Source: a bacterium
GTDB taxonomy: Bacteria; SM23-31
Assembly: GCA_965249485.1 (NCBI GenBank)
Contig: OZ252239.1
Location: 320,001 to 384,000 of the forward strand
Direction of reading: 5' to 3'
Length of the DNA stretch: 64,000 nt
Under the pieces are notes generated by a model, which was not told where the DNA came from, ran no database searches, and saw only the letters and a program-made list of their open reading frames with translations. The stretch's first letter is position 1; each line of letters begins with the position of its first letter. The position numbers and the translations under genes were made by a program. Positions 29,779-40,580 of this stretch are shown here, piece after piece.

Positions 29779-30576
29779 ATGATTAAAAGTACAATTGCAC
29801 TTTTGCTGGCTGCAATCTTTTTTCCCGGATGTGTGCAGGATCAATCGTCGTTCTCATTTCCAGAGGGCCGTTGGATCGATCTTTCATATGAGTATTCTGA
29901 TAAGACAATTTACTGGCCGACAGCGGAGGACTTCGAGCTAACAATTGTAGCAGCGGGCATGACCGAGCGAGGCTATTATTATTCGGCAAATACGTTTTCA
30001 ACCGCCGAGCATGGCGGAACTCATCTCGATTCACCAATACATTTCTCTGAAGGACAGAATAGTGTTGAGAAAATTCCGTTGGACCGGCTCATCGGTCCGG
30101 CTGTTGTCATCGATGTGTCAGAACAGGCTCTTCAGGATAGAGATTTCAAAATAAGTGTTGAAGATATTACTGCGTGGGAGTCAACGAACGGCATAATTCC
30201 GGAAAATGTGATTCTTTTCTTCCGTACGGGATACGGTCAATACTGGCCCGATGCGAATGCTTATATGGGAACAGATAAACGAGGCATTGATGCGATTGTG
30301 GAACTCCATTTCCCGGGAATCGGTCCGATAACTGCGCAATGGCTCGTCGATAACCGTACTGTCAAGGCAATCGGAATCGATACACCGAGCATCGACTACG
30401 GGCAGTCAAAACTTTTTGAATCTCACCAAATATTATATGAAGAGAACATTCCGGGAATGGAAAACGTTGCGAATCTCGATGAACTTCCCGTAACCGGTTC
30501 ACTTGTCGTTGCCCTCCCGATGAAAATTAAGGGTGGAAGCGGCGCTCCATTAAGGATTGCAGCATTATTACCTTGA
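29779..30576 (+). CDS. Cyclase/kynurenine formamidase-family metallohydrolase, probable lipoprotein
   Basis: EHGGTHLDSPIHF, GIDTPS and GGSGAP motifs. FFPGC lipobox-like segment. ATG at 29779 follows GGAGGAGG. Confidence 0.85.
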   Translation: MIKSTIALLLAAIFFPGCVQDQSSFSFPEGRWIDLSYEYSDKTIYWPTAEDFELTIVAAGMTERGYYYSANTFSTAEHGGTHLDSPIHFSEGQNSVEKIPLDRLIGPAVVIDVSEQALQDRDFKISVEDITAWESTNGIIPENVILFFRTGYGQYWPDANAYMGTDKRGIDAIVELHFPGIGPITAQWLVDNRTVKAIGIDTPSIDYGQSKLFESHQILYEENIPGMENVANLDELPVTGSLVVALPMKIKGGSGAPLRIAALLP

Positions 30577-30603
30577 TTTTACAATAATAATACAGGTAAC
30601 AAT

Positions 30604-31132
30604 ATGCAGTGCATATTTTCTATTGACGTCGAAGATTGGTTTCATGTGCTTGATGTTGCCGAAGCGCCGAAACCATCAGAATGGCATTATCAGGAATCAC
30701 GTGTAGAATATAATTTTTTACAACTGCTTGATATACTAAGCGAGTATAATGTCAAGTCGACCTGTTTCTTTTTGGGATGGATTGCCGAACAGTTCCCACA
30801 CCTTGTGAAAGAAGCCCAAAGCAGAGGGCATGCCGTTGCATCACACAGTTTTGCACACAAATTAGTTTATGAGCCATCACCTAATGGATTACATTGAAAA
30901 ACCGAATGCGATTATTGACAAGCTTATTTCCATAACGAATGAAAAAATAGTATCCAGCTTCCCCGCTGATGGAGAATTTCTTGCATGGTGGCGAAAATTC
31001 CGGTATAAGATAAAGTGCGATTTATTTCTTTATTATAAAGAATACATTCAGAATTTTTTGCATGAAAAACACAGAAATAATTCAGAAATTATCAAACTGA
31101 GCCGAGATTATTACTTAACAATCAATGTATAA
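30604..31132 (+). pseudogene. Truncated polysaccharide deacetylase (NodB-type) joined to an unrelated C-terminal fragment, possibly from a methyltransferase
   Basis: SIDVEDWFH, TCFFLGWIAE and GHAVASHS..H motifs, then termination at 97 aa. The overlapping fragment LMDYIEKP..SSFP..RY..KCDLFLY lacks an N-terminus. Confidence 0.65.
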
Positions 31133-31246
31133 GAAGGGGAACTCACTGTGTGAGGATTACATAATTTTCTTTATTTTCATTTTAAATATTATTACATATT
31201 GTAATAATGTGTATTTATTGTAACCAGCAAACCTTATTGTTAGCTC

Positions 31247-32365
31247 ATGGCTATTAATCTCACAATTATCGATCGCCATACGATTCCTGAACAGGATTTC
31301 ATTCACCATCCCAAGGTGAACGTGGTCCTCGGATATGATCAGGACAACTATTACAGCAACGTCAAACAGTATGTGGACAAGCAGTTTGACTACGTATTTT
31401 ACGATGAAAATCCTGACGCTATGATTGCGGCCGGAATTTACCTGCTCGGAAGGGAAAATCCACCCCCTCATAAATGTCTGACACGTGGAATAAAATCGGC
31501 AGATTTTCAAAAGCTTACCGACGCGGGGAAAGAAAGCATCGCGGTATTCAACACATTGAACACCTATTACTGTGACCTCGATGCAGTCGATTCTGTTACG
31601 CTGATCAATCCCCATGAGTCCGGTCTTCAGAATATCAGTGTATCCCAGATTTTATACAAAGCCAGCGAAATCCCCAATTCATCGATTCGTGATCTTGCTG
31701 GTATCGCAATCATACTGGATTACTCACTTGATGAAGCGTTTGAGACTATAGTTGAAATTGTTTCTGCATATCCCGATGTATTTGCCGATCTTGCCGAGCG
31801 GATTAAAAACATTACGCTCAACAAGTATAATGTGCACGATTCTGCCTTTGGCGAACTTTCCATGCTTTTCCGTGCACCAAGTATCATTCATGGTACCAAA
31901 GGCGTTGAAGCAGTCATTCATCAGCTTATAAACAATCCACCATTTCAGTTGCCTGATCTATTGAACGGTTCAAGTAATAAGACAATTGAATATCTGCAAA
32001 AATGTCTTGCCGAATACAAAAAAATCCTGAGCGATGAGCAATCGTTCTTTGAGAAGGAAAAAATTGTCAGAGGGCCCGTTGTAATTTACTCACCTCATTA
32101 CCATTCCGAAAATTTTGTCAAAGAATTTTCGAATCTGATAAAAGATGCGAGTGTCGATTCGGTCATTATTGTAAAAACTCCTACGGAAAACAGTATGACG
32201 AAATATTCCATCCGCCGTGGAGAGTTAGAAATTAATCTGGGAGAAATCCTGAAGGATTTAGGTGTCGGCGGAGGAAATCCATTTGCTGCCGGATGCAATG
32301 TCAGAAATGAAGAAGAATTCGAAAAAGATTTTTTCAGGAAATTAGAAGCGTGGGGAATAGCGTAA
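31247..32365 (+). CDS. Degenerate DHH/DHHA1-superfamily protein
   Basis: C-terminal KYSIR...GVGGGNPFAAGC (DHHA1-like). LINPH..SVSQILY..DLAGIAIILDY resembles the DHH core, but no intact DHH motif is present. Confidence 0.55.
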   Translation: MAINLTIIDRHTIPEQDFIHHPKVNVVLGYDQDNYYSNVKQYVDKQFDYVFYDENPDAMIAAGIYLLGRENPPPHKCLTRGIKSADFQKLTDAGKESIAVFNTLNTYYCDLDAVDSVTLINPHESGLQNISVSQILYKASEIPNSSIRDLAGIAIILDYSLDEAFETIVEIVSAYPDVFADLAERIKNITLNKYNVHDSAFGELSMLFRAPSIIHGTKGVEAVIHQLINNPPFQLPDLLNGSSNKTIEYLQKCLAEYKKILSDEQSFFEKEKIVRGPVVIYSPHYHSENFVKEFSNLIKDASVDSVIIVKTPTENSMTKYSIRRGELEINLGEILKDLGVGGGNPFAAGCNVRNEEEFEKDFFRKLEAWGIA

Positions 32366-32440
32366 CTTTAATTTCCATAGATCACTTGATGACCTTTTGA
32401 TTTACAATTTCACGAATTGTAAAAAAAGGAAACCATCTTT

Positions 32441-33282
32441 ATGGCTACGATATCAACTTTCCTTTTGCCTACCGATTTTTCAGATTGTTCTTATTAGGCA
32501 CTCCGACATGCCTTGAGAATCTGTACCAGCTTTGACGCTCACCTTATATTATTCCACGTAATGACGGTTTTCGATGATGATCCCGACAGGGTGAAAAACG
32601 GATTCCCGGAAATGGAAAAACTGATCGATTTTTATGAGAAACAAAATGCGGAGCATTTCGAGTCCTACCGGAAATTGTTTCATGAACACATTGTCTCTTT
32701 TACTGAGAAGACCATCCGTGGTTTCTCGGTAACGGAGGAGATCCTCCGCTACGAAAAAGAGAACGATATATCGATCTGATCATTATGGGAACGCATGGCC
32801 GCGGCTTGCTAAGTCATTTTGTGCTTGGGAACGAGGCTGAGCGGGTCACACGGTATTCATCATGCCCGGTTATGACGGTAAATCAACTCGGACATCAGAT
32901 TGATATTGCGGATGAATATAACAATATTCTCGTGCCACACGATTCTTCGGAGTATTCAACAGCCGGACTCCGGTATGCGATTGCTCTTGCCGATATGTTT
33001 GATGCCTCGATCACAATACAACATATCTTCGAGACATTCCCTCATCCTGCTATATACATGCAAAATGCAGACACACCTGCACTGTCCAGCATGGAAATGA
33101 AAACACGAGCTAAAGAGATCATTAGACACAGAGAAGAATACGATATCGATCTTGTCATAATGAGTACCCGCGGCCACGGAGCACTCGAAGCGTTCTTCAT
33201 TGGGACAACTGCAGATAAGATTATCAGAAAAGTGCCCTGCCCGGTTCTCGCTGTCAAAGAGCACCAGCGTGACTTTATTTAG
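32441..33282 (+). pseudogene. Tandem-domain universal stress protein, disrupted
   Basis: ATG 32441 reads MATISTFLLPTDFSDCSY, then in-frame TAG at 32495. A 2-nt frameshift near 32768 (GATATATCGATCTG) precedes IIMGTHGR. The second domain is shortened before DIDLVIMSTRG. Confidence 0.85.
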
Positions 33283-33960
33283 GATTACTGCAACAGCGCT
33301 TATATTCATTCATCATAACAATCTCCTATTCCAAATTTTATTATTATAAAACCAACACATCATACTGAGATGATTCCAGAACATTATTCTCAAGAATCGG
33401 AAATACTAGTCTCAAGAACCTTGTCGATAATGTACAAAAAATCAGGTTTGATGACTCACGTTTGGATAAGCTTATTGACATTGTACTGAAGTGAAACAGT
33501 AACTGTTGTTTCGTATTCATTCTTCGTTCCCTGGATTGTGAATTGATTCTTAAAAACTCCTTGCATTTTAGTTGTAAAAAAACTATCTTTTTTGAATTAT
33601 ATTTATTTAAAATTGTCCTTTAAATTATTACAACCAGAGAGATCAATTAAGCGAGTTATGAATAGTCTCATGTGCTTACGCGGGGCACACGAATGTATTC
33701 CAGATACAATAAAACAACTACCTTCAATTATCCCTATTTTCTCACAACGGTTTAGCATCTGTTTTTCCCCTCTTCTCATATGTATTCCTCCAAGAATACA
33801 AACCGTGTATCGTTTGCCGGAGTCTGCTATTAAATATTTTGGATATCTGAGAATACTGAGCGTTAATACGTTAAGGACAATAAGTTTTATATAAGCAGTA
33901 CATTTCGCTTTAGTGATAATCATGTCGAAATGGAGGAATTAAAAAGGAGATTCATATTTT

Positions 33961-36489
33961 ATGAGTGCGAGCAGCGGCGAAAATATTGTAACGAGATACC
34001 TTGAAGATGAAATGCGAGATTCCTACATCGATTATTCGATGTCGGTTATTGTTTCGCGTGCACTGCCGGATGTCAGGGACGGGCTTAAGCCGGTCCACCG
34101 GAGAATATTATTTGCTATGAGCGAATTGAACTTGGCTCATAACCGTTCTTTTAAAAAGAGTGCACGACTGGTCGGTGAAGTTATGGGTAAGTATCATCCG
34201 CACGGTGATGCTGCTATTTATGAGACCTTCGTCCGTATGGCGCAGAATTTCTCGTTGCGTTATCCGCTCGTCAACGGGCAAGGTAACTTCGGTTCCGTCG
34301 ATGGCGATCCTGCGGCGGCAATGCGGTATACTGAGGTCAAGATGACGGAAATTGCCGGCGAGCTGCTTAAAGATATCGAAAAAGATACCGTCGATTTCGG
34401 AATGAACTTTGATGACACCTTGAAAGAACCGAAAATACTGCCCTGTAATTTTCCAAACCTCCTTGTCAACGGCTCCTCTGGAATCGCTGTTGGAATGGCA
34501 ACAAACATACCACCTAATAATCTGGGTGAAGTGATCGACGGCGCTCTTGCTCTTATCGAGAATCCCGAATCCACTATTCCTGAACTCATGGAGTTTATTA
34601 AAGCTCCCGATTTTCCAACTGGCGGTATTATCTTCGGTATGGAAGGTGTTCGAAGTGCATACTTGACAGGACGCGGAAGAGTTCTTATCAGGGCACGAGT
34701 CTCCTTTGAAAAACAGCCGAGCGGCAGAGAAAATATCATTGTCTCCGAAATACCGTTTCAGGTTAATAAATCTTCTCTCATTCAAAAAATTGTCTACCTC
34801 GCAAAAGAGAAAAAAATAACCGGTATCAGCGATATTAGAGACGAATCCGACCGGGACGGGATGCGTATTTTTATTGAATTGAAAAAAGATATGTATCCCG
34901 AAGTTGTTCTCAATCAACTGTATAAACACACACAGATGCAATGGACATTCGGTGTTATCCTTCTCGCTCTTGTAAACGGTGAACCGAAAGTGCTCAACCT
35001 GAAGCAGATGCTCCAGCATTTCATCGATCACCGTCATGTAGTGATTACCCGGAGAACGCAGTTTGAACTCGATGAATCTGAAAAACGAGCGCATATTCTG
35101 GAAGGATTAAAAATTGCGCTCGATAATATCGACGCAATCGTGGAGCTGATAAAAAAATCGAATAATCCTGAAGATGCCCGGATTAATCTGATGAAACAAT
35201 TCAAACTATCGGAAATTCAGGCAAAAGCGATCCTCGAAATGCGCCTCCAGCGACTAACAGGCCTCGAGCGGGAAAAAATCGAAACCGAATACCGTGAGAC
35301 GATCCAGCTTATAGAGAAATTAAAATCGATCCTGCAGAGCAAACAACTCCGTATGGAGATTATTAAAGAAGATTTACAGATTCTGAGAAAAAAGTATTCC
35401 GACAACCGGCGTACGGACATTATCGCCGACTATTCGGAATTCACCATAGAAGATATGATTGCAGAAGAAGATATGGTGATTACTATATCTCATCAGGGAT
35501 TTATCAAACGGTTTCCGGTATCTGGTTACCGGCGCCAAAACAGAGGTGGCCGGGGTTCTACAGGAGCCCAGACGAAGGAAGAGGATTACGTAGAACACCT
35601 GTTTATCGCATCGACGCATCACTATATCCTGTTCTTCACTGAACGTGGACGTTGTTTCTGGCTGAAAGTACATGAAATCCCACTGGGCGGCAAAGCAACA
35701 AAGGGCCGCGCCATTATAAATTTACTGCAAAAAGATAAAGACGATAAACTGCGGACGTTTGTTACGGTCAAGGAATTTGATCCTGACAGACATATTATCA
35801 TGGCTACCAAGCGGGGTATAGTCAAAAAAACTTCGTTGAGTTCGTACAGTCATCCTCGCCGTGGTGGAATTAACGCTATTTCAATCCGGGAAAATGACGA
35901 GCTCATTGAAGCCGAATTAACCGATGGCACTCAGGATGTCGTGCTCGGCACCTATCACGGAAAGGCCATTCGTTTCAAGGAGACCGATGCACGAGCAATG
36001 GGACGCACGGCATCCGGGGTAATGGGAATCCGGCTCAGAAAAGATGACTATGTCGTCGGCATGGTCGTTATAAAACGGGATACCACACTGATGGTCGTTA
36101 CGGAAAACGGCTATGGCAAGCGGAGCAATATGCAGGACTACCGGATTACCAGACGTGGTGGCAAAGGTATCATTACGATCAAGACGACCGAAAAAGTCGG
36201 CTACATGGTGACTATACAGGAAGTAGTCAATGACGACGACTTGATGATTATTACTGCCAAGGGCGTTATTATACGGCTGAAATTGCATGGTGTAAATATA
36301 ATTGGAAGAAATACACAGGGAGTCCGTCTCATTAAACTGGATGAAGGTGACCGGATTGCAGATGTGACGCGAGTAGCAAAGACTGAAAACGACGATATCG
36401 ACGATGAGCAACTGGACGAACAAACCGAAGACTCGCAGGAAAACGACGAAGACTCACAGGAAAGCGACACTGTTCCGTCCGTTGAGTAA
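33961..36489 (+). CDS. gyrA: DNA gyrase subunit A
   Basis: [13 protein letters not shown], GyrA-box QNRGGRG, C-terminal pinwheel repeats and acidic tail. Confidence 0.98.
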   Translation: MSASSGENIVTRYLEDEMRDSYIDYSMSVIVSRALPDVRDGLKPVHRRILFAMSELNLAHNRSFKKSARLVGEVMGKYHPHGDAAIYETFVRMAQNFSLRYPLVNGQGNFGSVDGDPAAAMRYTEVKMTEIAGELLKDIEKDTVDFGMNFDDTLKEPKILPCNFPNLLVNGSSGIAVGMATNIPPNNLGEVIDGALALIENPESTIPELMEFIKAPDFPTGGIIFGMEGVRSAYLTGRGRVLIRARVSFEKQPSGRENIIVSEIPFQVNKSSLIQKIVYLAKEKKITGISDIRDESDRDGMRIFIELKKDMYPEVVLNQLYKHTQMQWTFGVILLALVNGEPKVLNLKQMLQHFIDHRHVVITRRTQFELDESEKRAHILEGLKIALDNIDAIVELIKKSNNPEDARINLMKQFKLSEIQAKAILEMRLQRLTGLEREKIETEYRETIQLIEKLKSILQSKQLRMEIIKEDLQILRKKYSDNRRTDIIADYSEFTIEDMIAEEDMVITISHQGFIKRFPVSGYRRQNRGGRGSTGAQTKEEDYVEHLFIASTHHYILFFTERGRCFWLKVHEIPLGGKATKGRAIINLLQKDKDDKLRTFVTVKEFDPDRHIIMATKRGIVKKTSLSSYSHPRRGGINAISIRENDELIEAELTDGTQDVVLGTYHGKAIRFKETDARAMGRTASGVMGIRLRKDDYVVGMVVIKRDTTLMVVTENGYGKRSNMQDYRITRRGGKGIITIKTTEKVGYMVTIQEVVNDDDLMIITAKGVIIRLKLHGVNIIGRNTQGVRLIKLDEGDRIADVTRVAKTENDDIDDEQLDEQTEDSQENDEDSQESDTVPSVE

Positions 36490-36913
36490 GCATTTTACCG
36501 TTATTGATCACACAGCAGACACAGGAGTACAATGTGTCGGAGAAACAAAAGAGGAAGTGTTTGAAGCAGCAGCAGAGGGGATGTTCTCCATCCTTACCGA
36601 TCTCAAATCTATAGCTGTCAAGAAGCATCGTACTCTTAATGTACAAGCGGAAACCTGCGATGAACTTTTAGTGATGTGGCTGCAGGAGCTGTTGTTTCTT
36701 TTTTCAACTGAACAGTTACTATTTTCAACATTTTCCGTACGTATCGAAAACATTACCGACAACACCTTTTTGCTGGTCGGAACCTGCGGCGGGGAGCAGA
36801 ATGATGGTAACCGCCACAGTATCAACACAGAGGTTAAAAGCGTAACATATCATCAATTAACCGTACAAAACTTACACGATCATTGGGAAGCAAAGGTGAT
36901 TTTTGACATATGA
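36482..36913 (+). CDS. Archease
   Basis: [17 protein letters not shown] and C-terminal FDI motifs. The TTG at 36482 overlaps the gyrA stop. Confidence 0.88.
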   Translation: MSKHFTVIDHTADTGVQCVGETKEEVFEAAAEGMFSILTDLKSIAVKKHRTLNVQAETCDELLVMWLQELLFLFSTEQLLFSTFSVRIENITDNTFLLVGTCGGEQNDGNRHSINTEVKSVTYHQLTVQNLHDHWEAKVIFDI

Positions 36914-37581
36914 AAACACAAAAATCTACAAAGCCGAGGAAAATCTCCGATTCTACTATTCGGAGATTGTCGATCTATCATAACACATTGAGCTTTCTTG
37001 ATAAAACCGGTGTAAAAACAATATCTTCGAAACGGCTGGCTGAGATTGAAAGCTTCACACCAGCACAGATTCGGAAAGACCTTTCATATTTCGGTTCTTT
37101 CGGACGTAGAGGTCTCGGGTACAATGTTGTTTCACTCAAGAAAAAAGTCGGTTCCATTCTCGGTCTTAATAAACACTGGAATGTTGTGCTGATCGGGGCC
37201 GGACATCTTGGCAATGCGCTCCTCAACTATGAAGAAATTGATAAAAAACAGTTCCACATAGTAAAAATTTTCGACAAAGATTCTAAGATAATTGGAAAAA
37301 AAATCAAGAGTGTTCCGGTCTATAACATTAGCCAAATGGAGCGCCGCATTGATCCAAAGAAGGACAATCTTGCTATTTTGACAATTCCGCCTCAAGATGT
37401 ACAGTCGGTCATTGACAGGCTCGGTAACATAGGGATTAAAGGTGTCCTCTATTTTGCATCGAAGTCAGTCAGCGTACCGAAAAATATGTATATCCGCAAT
37501 GAAGATACGACAATTGAGCTTGAAACGCTTACATACCATATTACACACAGAACAAAGCATATGACTAAAACTATTCTGTGA
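36910..37581 (+). CDS. rex: Redox-sensing transcriptional repressor Rex
   Basis: RRLSIY, ISS..LA, QIRKDLSYFGSFGRRGLGY and IGAGHLG motifs. Confidence 0.95.
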   Translation: MKTQKSTKPRKISDSTIRRLSIYHNTLSFLDKTGVKTISSKRLAEIESFTPAQIRKDLSYFGSFGRRGLGYNVVSLKKKVGSILGLNKHWNVVLIGAGHLGNALLNYEEIDKKQFHIVKIFDKDSKIIGKKIKSVPVYNISQMERRIDPKKDNLAILTIPPQDVQSVIDRLGNIGIKGVLYFASKSVSVPKNMYIRNEDTTIELETLTYHITHRTKHMTKTIL

Positions 37582-37650
37582 GTCTGGCTGTATTGAGCCG
37601 CCAACGACATTTTACACGTAAAAACGACACTCCATAAAACGAATAACTTT

Positions 37651-38841
37651 ATGCCAAAGAAGACAAATCATACTATTTTCACAAGAGCGCGAGAACTATT
37701 TGATGAGCTCGTCACTATCCGGCGGCATCTGCATACCATTCCTGAGTTGGGCAACAAAGAAACAAAAACATCTGACTATATTGCCCTGCTGCTTGAGTCG
37801 TGGTCAATCTCATTTGAACGCGGTATTGGCGGAACTGGGATTGCGATAAATCTCAACCATGATCCGAAGCGAAAAACTGTTGCACTTCGGGCAGACATGG
37901 ATGCACTTCCAATTCTTGAACAAACCGGTCTTTCGTTTGCCTCGGAACATGAGGGGTGTATGCATGCGTGTGGACACGACATGCACATGACCTGTCTGCT
38001 GGGAGCTCTCAGAATCCTCAAAGAACGTGAAGAGACACTCCCTGTCAATATTAAAGCCATTTTTCAGCCTGCAGAAGAACTTGTCCCCGGTGGAGCGCCA
38101 GCTGTCATTAATGACGGTTTTCTGGAAAACCCAAACGTTAATTCAATATTCGGACTCCATGTCGAACCCTATCTTGAGACCGGAAATATTGCTGTCACAC
38201 CTGGAGCCATGATGGCATCAACCGCGGCTTTTACCATCCACATTATAGGCAAAGGCGGCCATGCTGCATCACCATATAACTGTATCGACCCTATTCCCAT
38301 TGCCGCGCAGATTATCACTGCGCTTCAGACTATCCCAAGTAGGATGATCGATCCGCTCACTCCTGTTGTTGTGAGTGTTACCAAAATGAATGCCGGAACA
38401 GCAATGAATATTATACCTGAATCGGCTGTTCTGGAAGGAACGGTTCGTTCGCTTGGCAGAGAGACAAAAGTCGTTTTACCTAAAAAAATGGAAAAGATTA
38501 TCAGAGGTATCACCTCTGCTTCTGGTTCGGACTATACTTTTGAATATAACGTCGGTACCGATGTTTTGGTGAATGACGAGCAGATGACCGAACATGTCCG
38601 GACAATCGGCAGAACACTTTTTGGCGATGCATCAGTACATGATTATGTGCCGACATTCGGCGGTGAGGACTTTGCTGATTATCTGAATGAAGTTCCTGGC
38701 TGTTTTTTCCGGCTCGGTTGTTACAGCGGATCGGGAAATCAAGTTCCACTTCACAATCCTGCCTTCAGCCCCGATGAGCAGGCGCTAGTCTACGGAGCCG
38801 CAATGCTGGCCGGTATTGCCGCAGAATACAACTCAATATAA
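37651..38841 (+). CDS. M20D-family amidohydrolase (hippurate hydrolase/aminoacylase-like)
   Basis: RRHLH..PEL, RADMDALP, MHACGHD, FQPAEE, GEDF and LHNP motifs. Confidence 0.92.
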   Translation: MPKKTNHTIFTRARELFDELVTIRRHLHTIPELGNKETKTSDYIALLLESWSISFERGIGGTGIAINLNHDPKRKTVALRADMDALPILEQTGLSFASEHEGCMHACGHDMHMTCLLGALRILKEREETLPVNIKAIFQPAEELVPGGAPAVINDGFLENPNVNSIFGLHVEPYLETGNIAVTPGAMMASTAAFTIHIIGKGGHAASPYNCIDPIPIAAQIITALQTIPSRMIDPLTPVVVSVTKMNAGTAMNIIPESAVLEGTVRSLGRETKVVLPKKMEKIIRGITSASGSDYTFEYNVGTDVLVNDEQMTEHVRTIGRTLFGDASVHDYVPTFGGEDFADYLNEVPGCFFRLGCYSGSGNQVPLHNPAFSPDEQALVYGAAMLAGIAAEYNSI

Positions 38842-39010
38842 TTGAGCCCGATAGAATTCTGTAATCTGCCCGACAGGCGAAACACATTATTGCTATTTGG
38901 CGCAAACTCACCACAACAATTCTCTTTGCTTTTCTCATCAAGCAATACTATTTTGAATAGGTCCGGTGCAGAGTGCATCAGGACAGGCTTAACAATGATC
39001 CGGCTCAACG

Positions 39011-39751
39011 ATGAATGATACATCTCCGCTTGTAATTAATAATATTTCAAAATCGTACCCTCTAGGACGCTCCGATAGTCTGCAGGCGCTGAAAAATTTG
39101 AGTATCACATTACGCCCCGGTGAGATTTACGGTTTTCTCGGCCAGAACGGAGCCGGAAAAACAACTACACTGAAAATTCTCCTCGATCTTATCAGAGCAG
39201 ATTCCGGTACTTCCACCATTTTCGGCCATTCAACTACAAAGCATAGAGCTCGGTCGCAGGTCGGATTTGTTCCCGAGGAAGCTGGATTCTACGGATTTCT
39301 TACAGGATTGGAAATGCTCAAGGTGTGCGCCCAGCTTTTCGGTATTTCTCGCTCGGAGCAGAAAAACGAATTGGAAAGGATTATTTCGCTGGTATCACTT
39401 GAGCAAGAAGTGACAAAAAAAATCAAGACCTACTCGAAAGGTGTACGACAGCGACTTTCCATAGCACAGGCTCTGCTGATGAATCCCCGGCTGCTGCTGC
39501 TCGATGAGCCTACTTCCGGGCTTGATCCGGTCGCCACCATTGATCTTCGTGATATATTGATCAACTTAAAACAGCAAGGGGCTACCATTTTTCTCTGCTC
39601 ACATCTGCTGACTGAAGCCGAAAAAATTGTCGACCGAATCGGAATTCTGAAAGAAGGAGTACTGATCGAGGAGACTGATGTAGAATCGGTTAAATCAACA
39701 ATGACACTGGAAAATTTCTTTTTGAAAATAGTGGGAGCTCTGCCGGAATAG
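39011..39751 (+). CDS. ABC transporter ATP-binding protein
   Basis: GQNGAGKTT, YSKG, LLLDEPTSGLD and SH motifs. Confidence 0.93.
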   Translation: MNDTSPLVINNISKSYPLGRSDSLQALKNLSITLRPGEIYGFLGQNGAGKTTTLKILLDLIRADSGTSTIFGHSTTKHRARSQVGFVPEEAGFYGFLTGLEMLKVCAQLFGISRSEQKNELERIISLVSLEQEVTKKIKTYSKGVRQRLSIAQALLMNPRLLLLDEPTSGLDPVATIDLRDILINLKQQGATIFLCSHLLTEAEKIVDRIGILKEGVLIEETDVESVKSTMTLENFFLKIVGALPE

Positions 39752-39767
39752 CCGGCTACAATCGGAC

Positions 39768-40580
39768 ATGAATGCAATAATAAAAATAACTGCACGGGAT
39801 ATGCTGTTCCGACTTGAATATGCAGCCGTACTCAGTATCGGCGTAATATTTACTATTCTTTTTGGAGTGTTCTATGTTAACGATACACTTGCTGAGCAGG
39901 TTCTGACACTGGCTTCGGCTTCCTCTTCGAGCAGTTTACCACTACCGCGTGATATCCTCGTTTCAACAATGTTTTTGGTCGGAGAATTTTTTGTGACAAT
40001 CATAGCACTCGTGACCTTGCCACAACTTATTGTCAGGGATGAACAGCAGAAAACTCTCCCTCTTTTTCTGTCAAAACCAATTCCGAGATGGAACTACTAT
40101 TTCGGGAAATACATTGGAGGTACATCAACATTGAGTGCTTCAATGTGTATTCTGGCAGCACTTATCTCTGTTTTTGTATTCATTCAGTCCCCCTCTCTTT
40201 TATCGGTGGTGGCTATTTCTACGATTTTTCTGGCCCTCAAAATTGCCCTGCTGAGTGCGCTCATCATGAGTCTCTCACTGCGATTTTCAGAATGGGTGGG
40301 AACTATCATTGCATTCTTGTACTACATCGGAGGCCATTTTAACTTTCTGTTTCCTTATTGGGGATCGGCTTATCCGGGGACCTGGGGTGATATGATGTTA
40401 ACGGCATACTACATTCTTCCCGATCTGACACCGGTCAGTTCTTGGTCACTCCTCTCGGCCGCGGTTGAGAACTACCCTCTGGATATTAATTATGGCTACT
40501 GGTTCCTCAAACAAACTGGAATTTATACTATAGGATTTTTATTTCTCGGTTATGATTCATTTCGAAAAAAGTCTTTTTAG
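39768..40580 (+). CDS. ABC-2 type permease
   Basis: Multiple TM segments, LSKPIPRWNYYFGKY motif, follows the ATPase gene. Confidence 0.8.
   Translation: MNAIIKITARDMLFRLEYAAVLSIGVIFTILFGVFYVNDTLAEQVLTLASASSSSSLPLPRDILVSTMFLVGEFFVTIIALVTLPQLIVRDEQQKTLPLFLSKPIPRWNYYFGKYIGGTSTLSASMCILAALISVFVFIQSPSLLSVVAISTIFLALKIALLSALIMSLSLRFSEWVGTIIAFLYYIGGHFNFLFPYWGSAYPGTWGDMMLTAYYILPDLTPVSSWSLLSAAVENYPLDINYGYWFLKQTGIYTIGFLFLGYDSFRKKSF

Noticed and set aside
32495..32497. In-frame TAG in the USP gene as pyrrolysine or readthrough
   Set aside because: The same gene also has a frameshift and a deletion, and TAG is a normal stop elsewhere in the window.
34108..35094. 328-aa antisense ORF inside gyrA and the many other antisense or overlapping ORF-track entries
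   Set aside because: They are shadows of well-supported genes and have no recognisable motifs.
36404..36481. Long N-terminal extension of archease
   Set aside because: It overlaps the gyrA tail; the archease DHTAD motif is normally near the N-terminus, which favours TTG 36482.
37651..38841. M20 amidohydrolase as the missing LysK
   Set aside because: Its motifs (RADMDALP, MHACGHD, QPAEE) are M20D type rather than the ArgE/LysK GHxDTV type, and it lies over 16 kb from the operon in another context. Not formally excluded.
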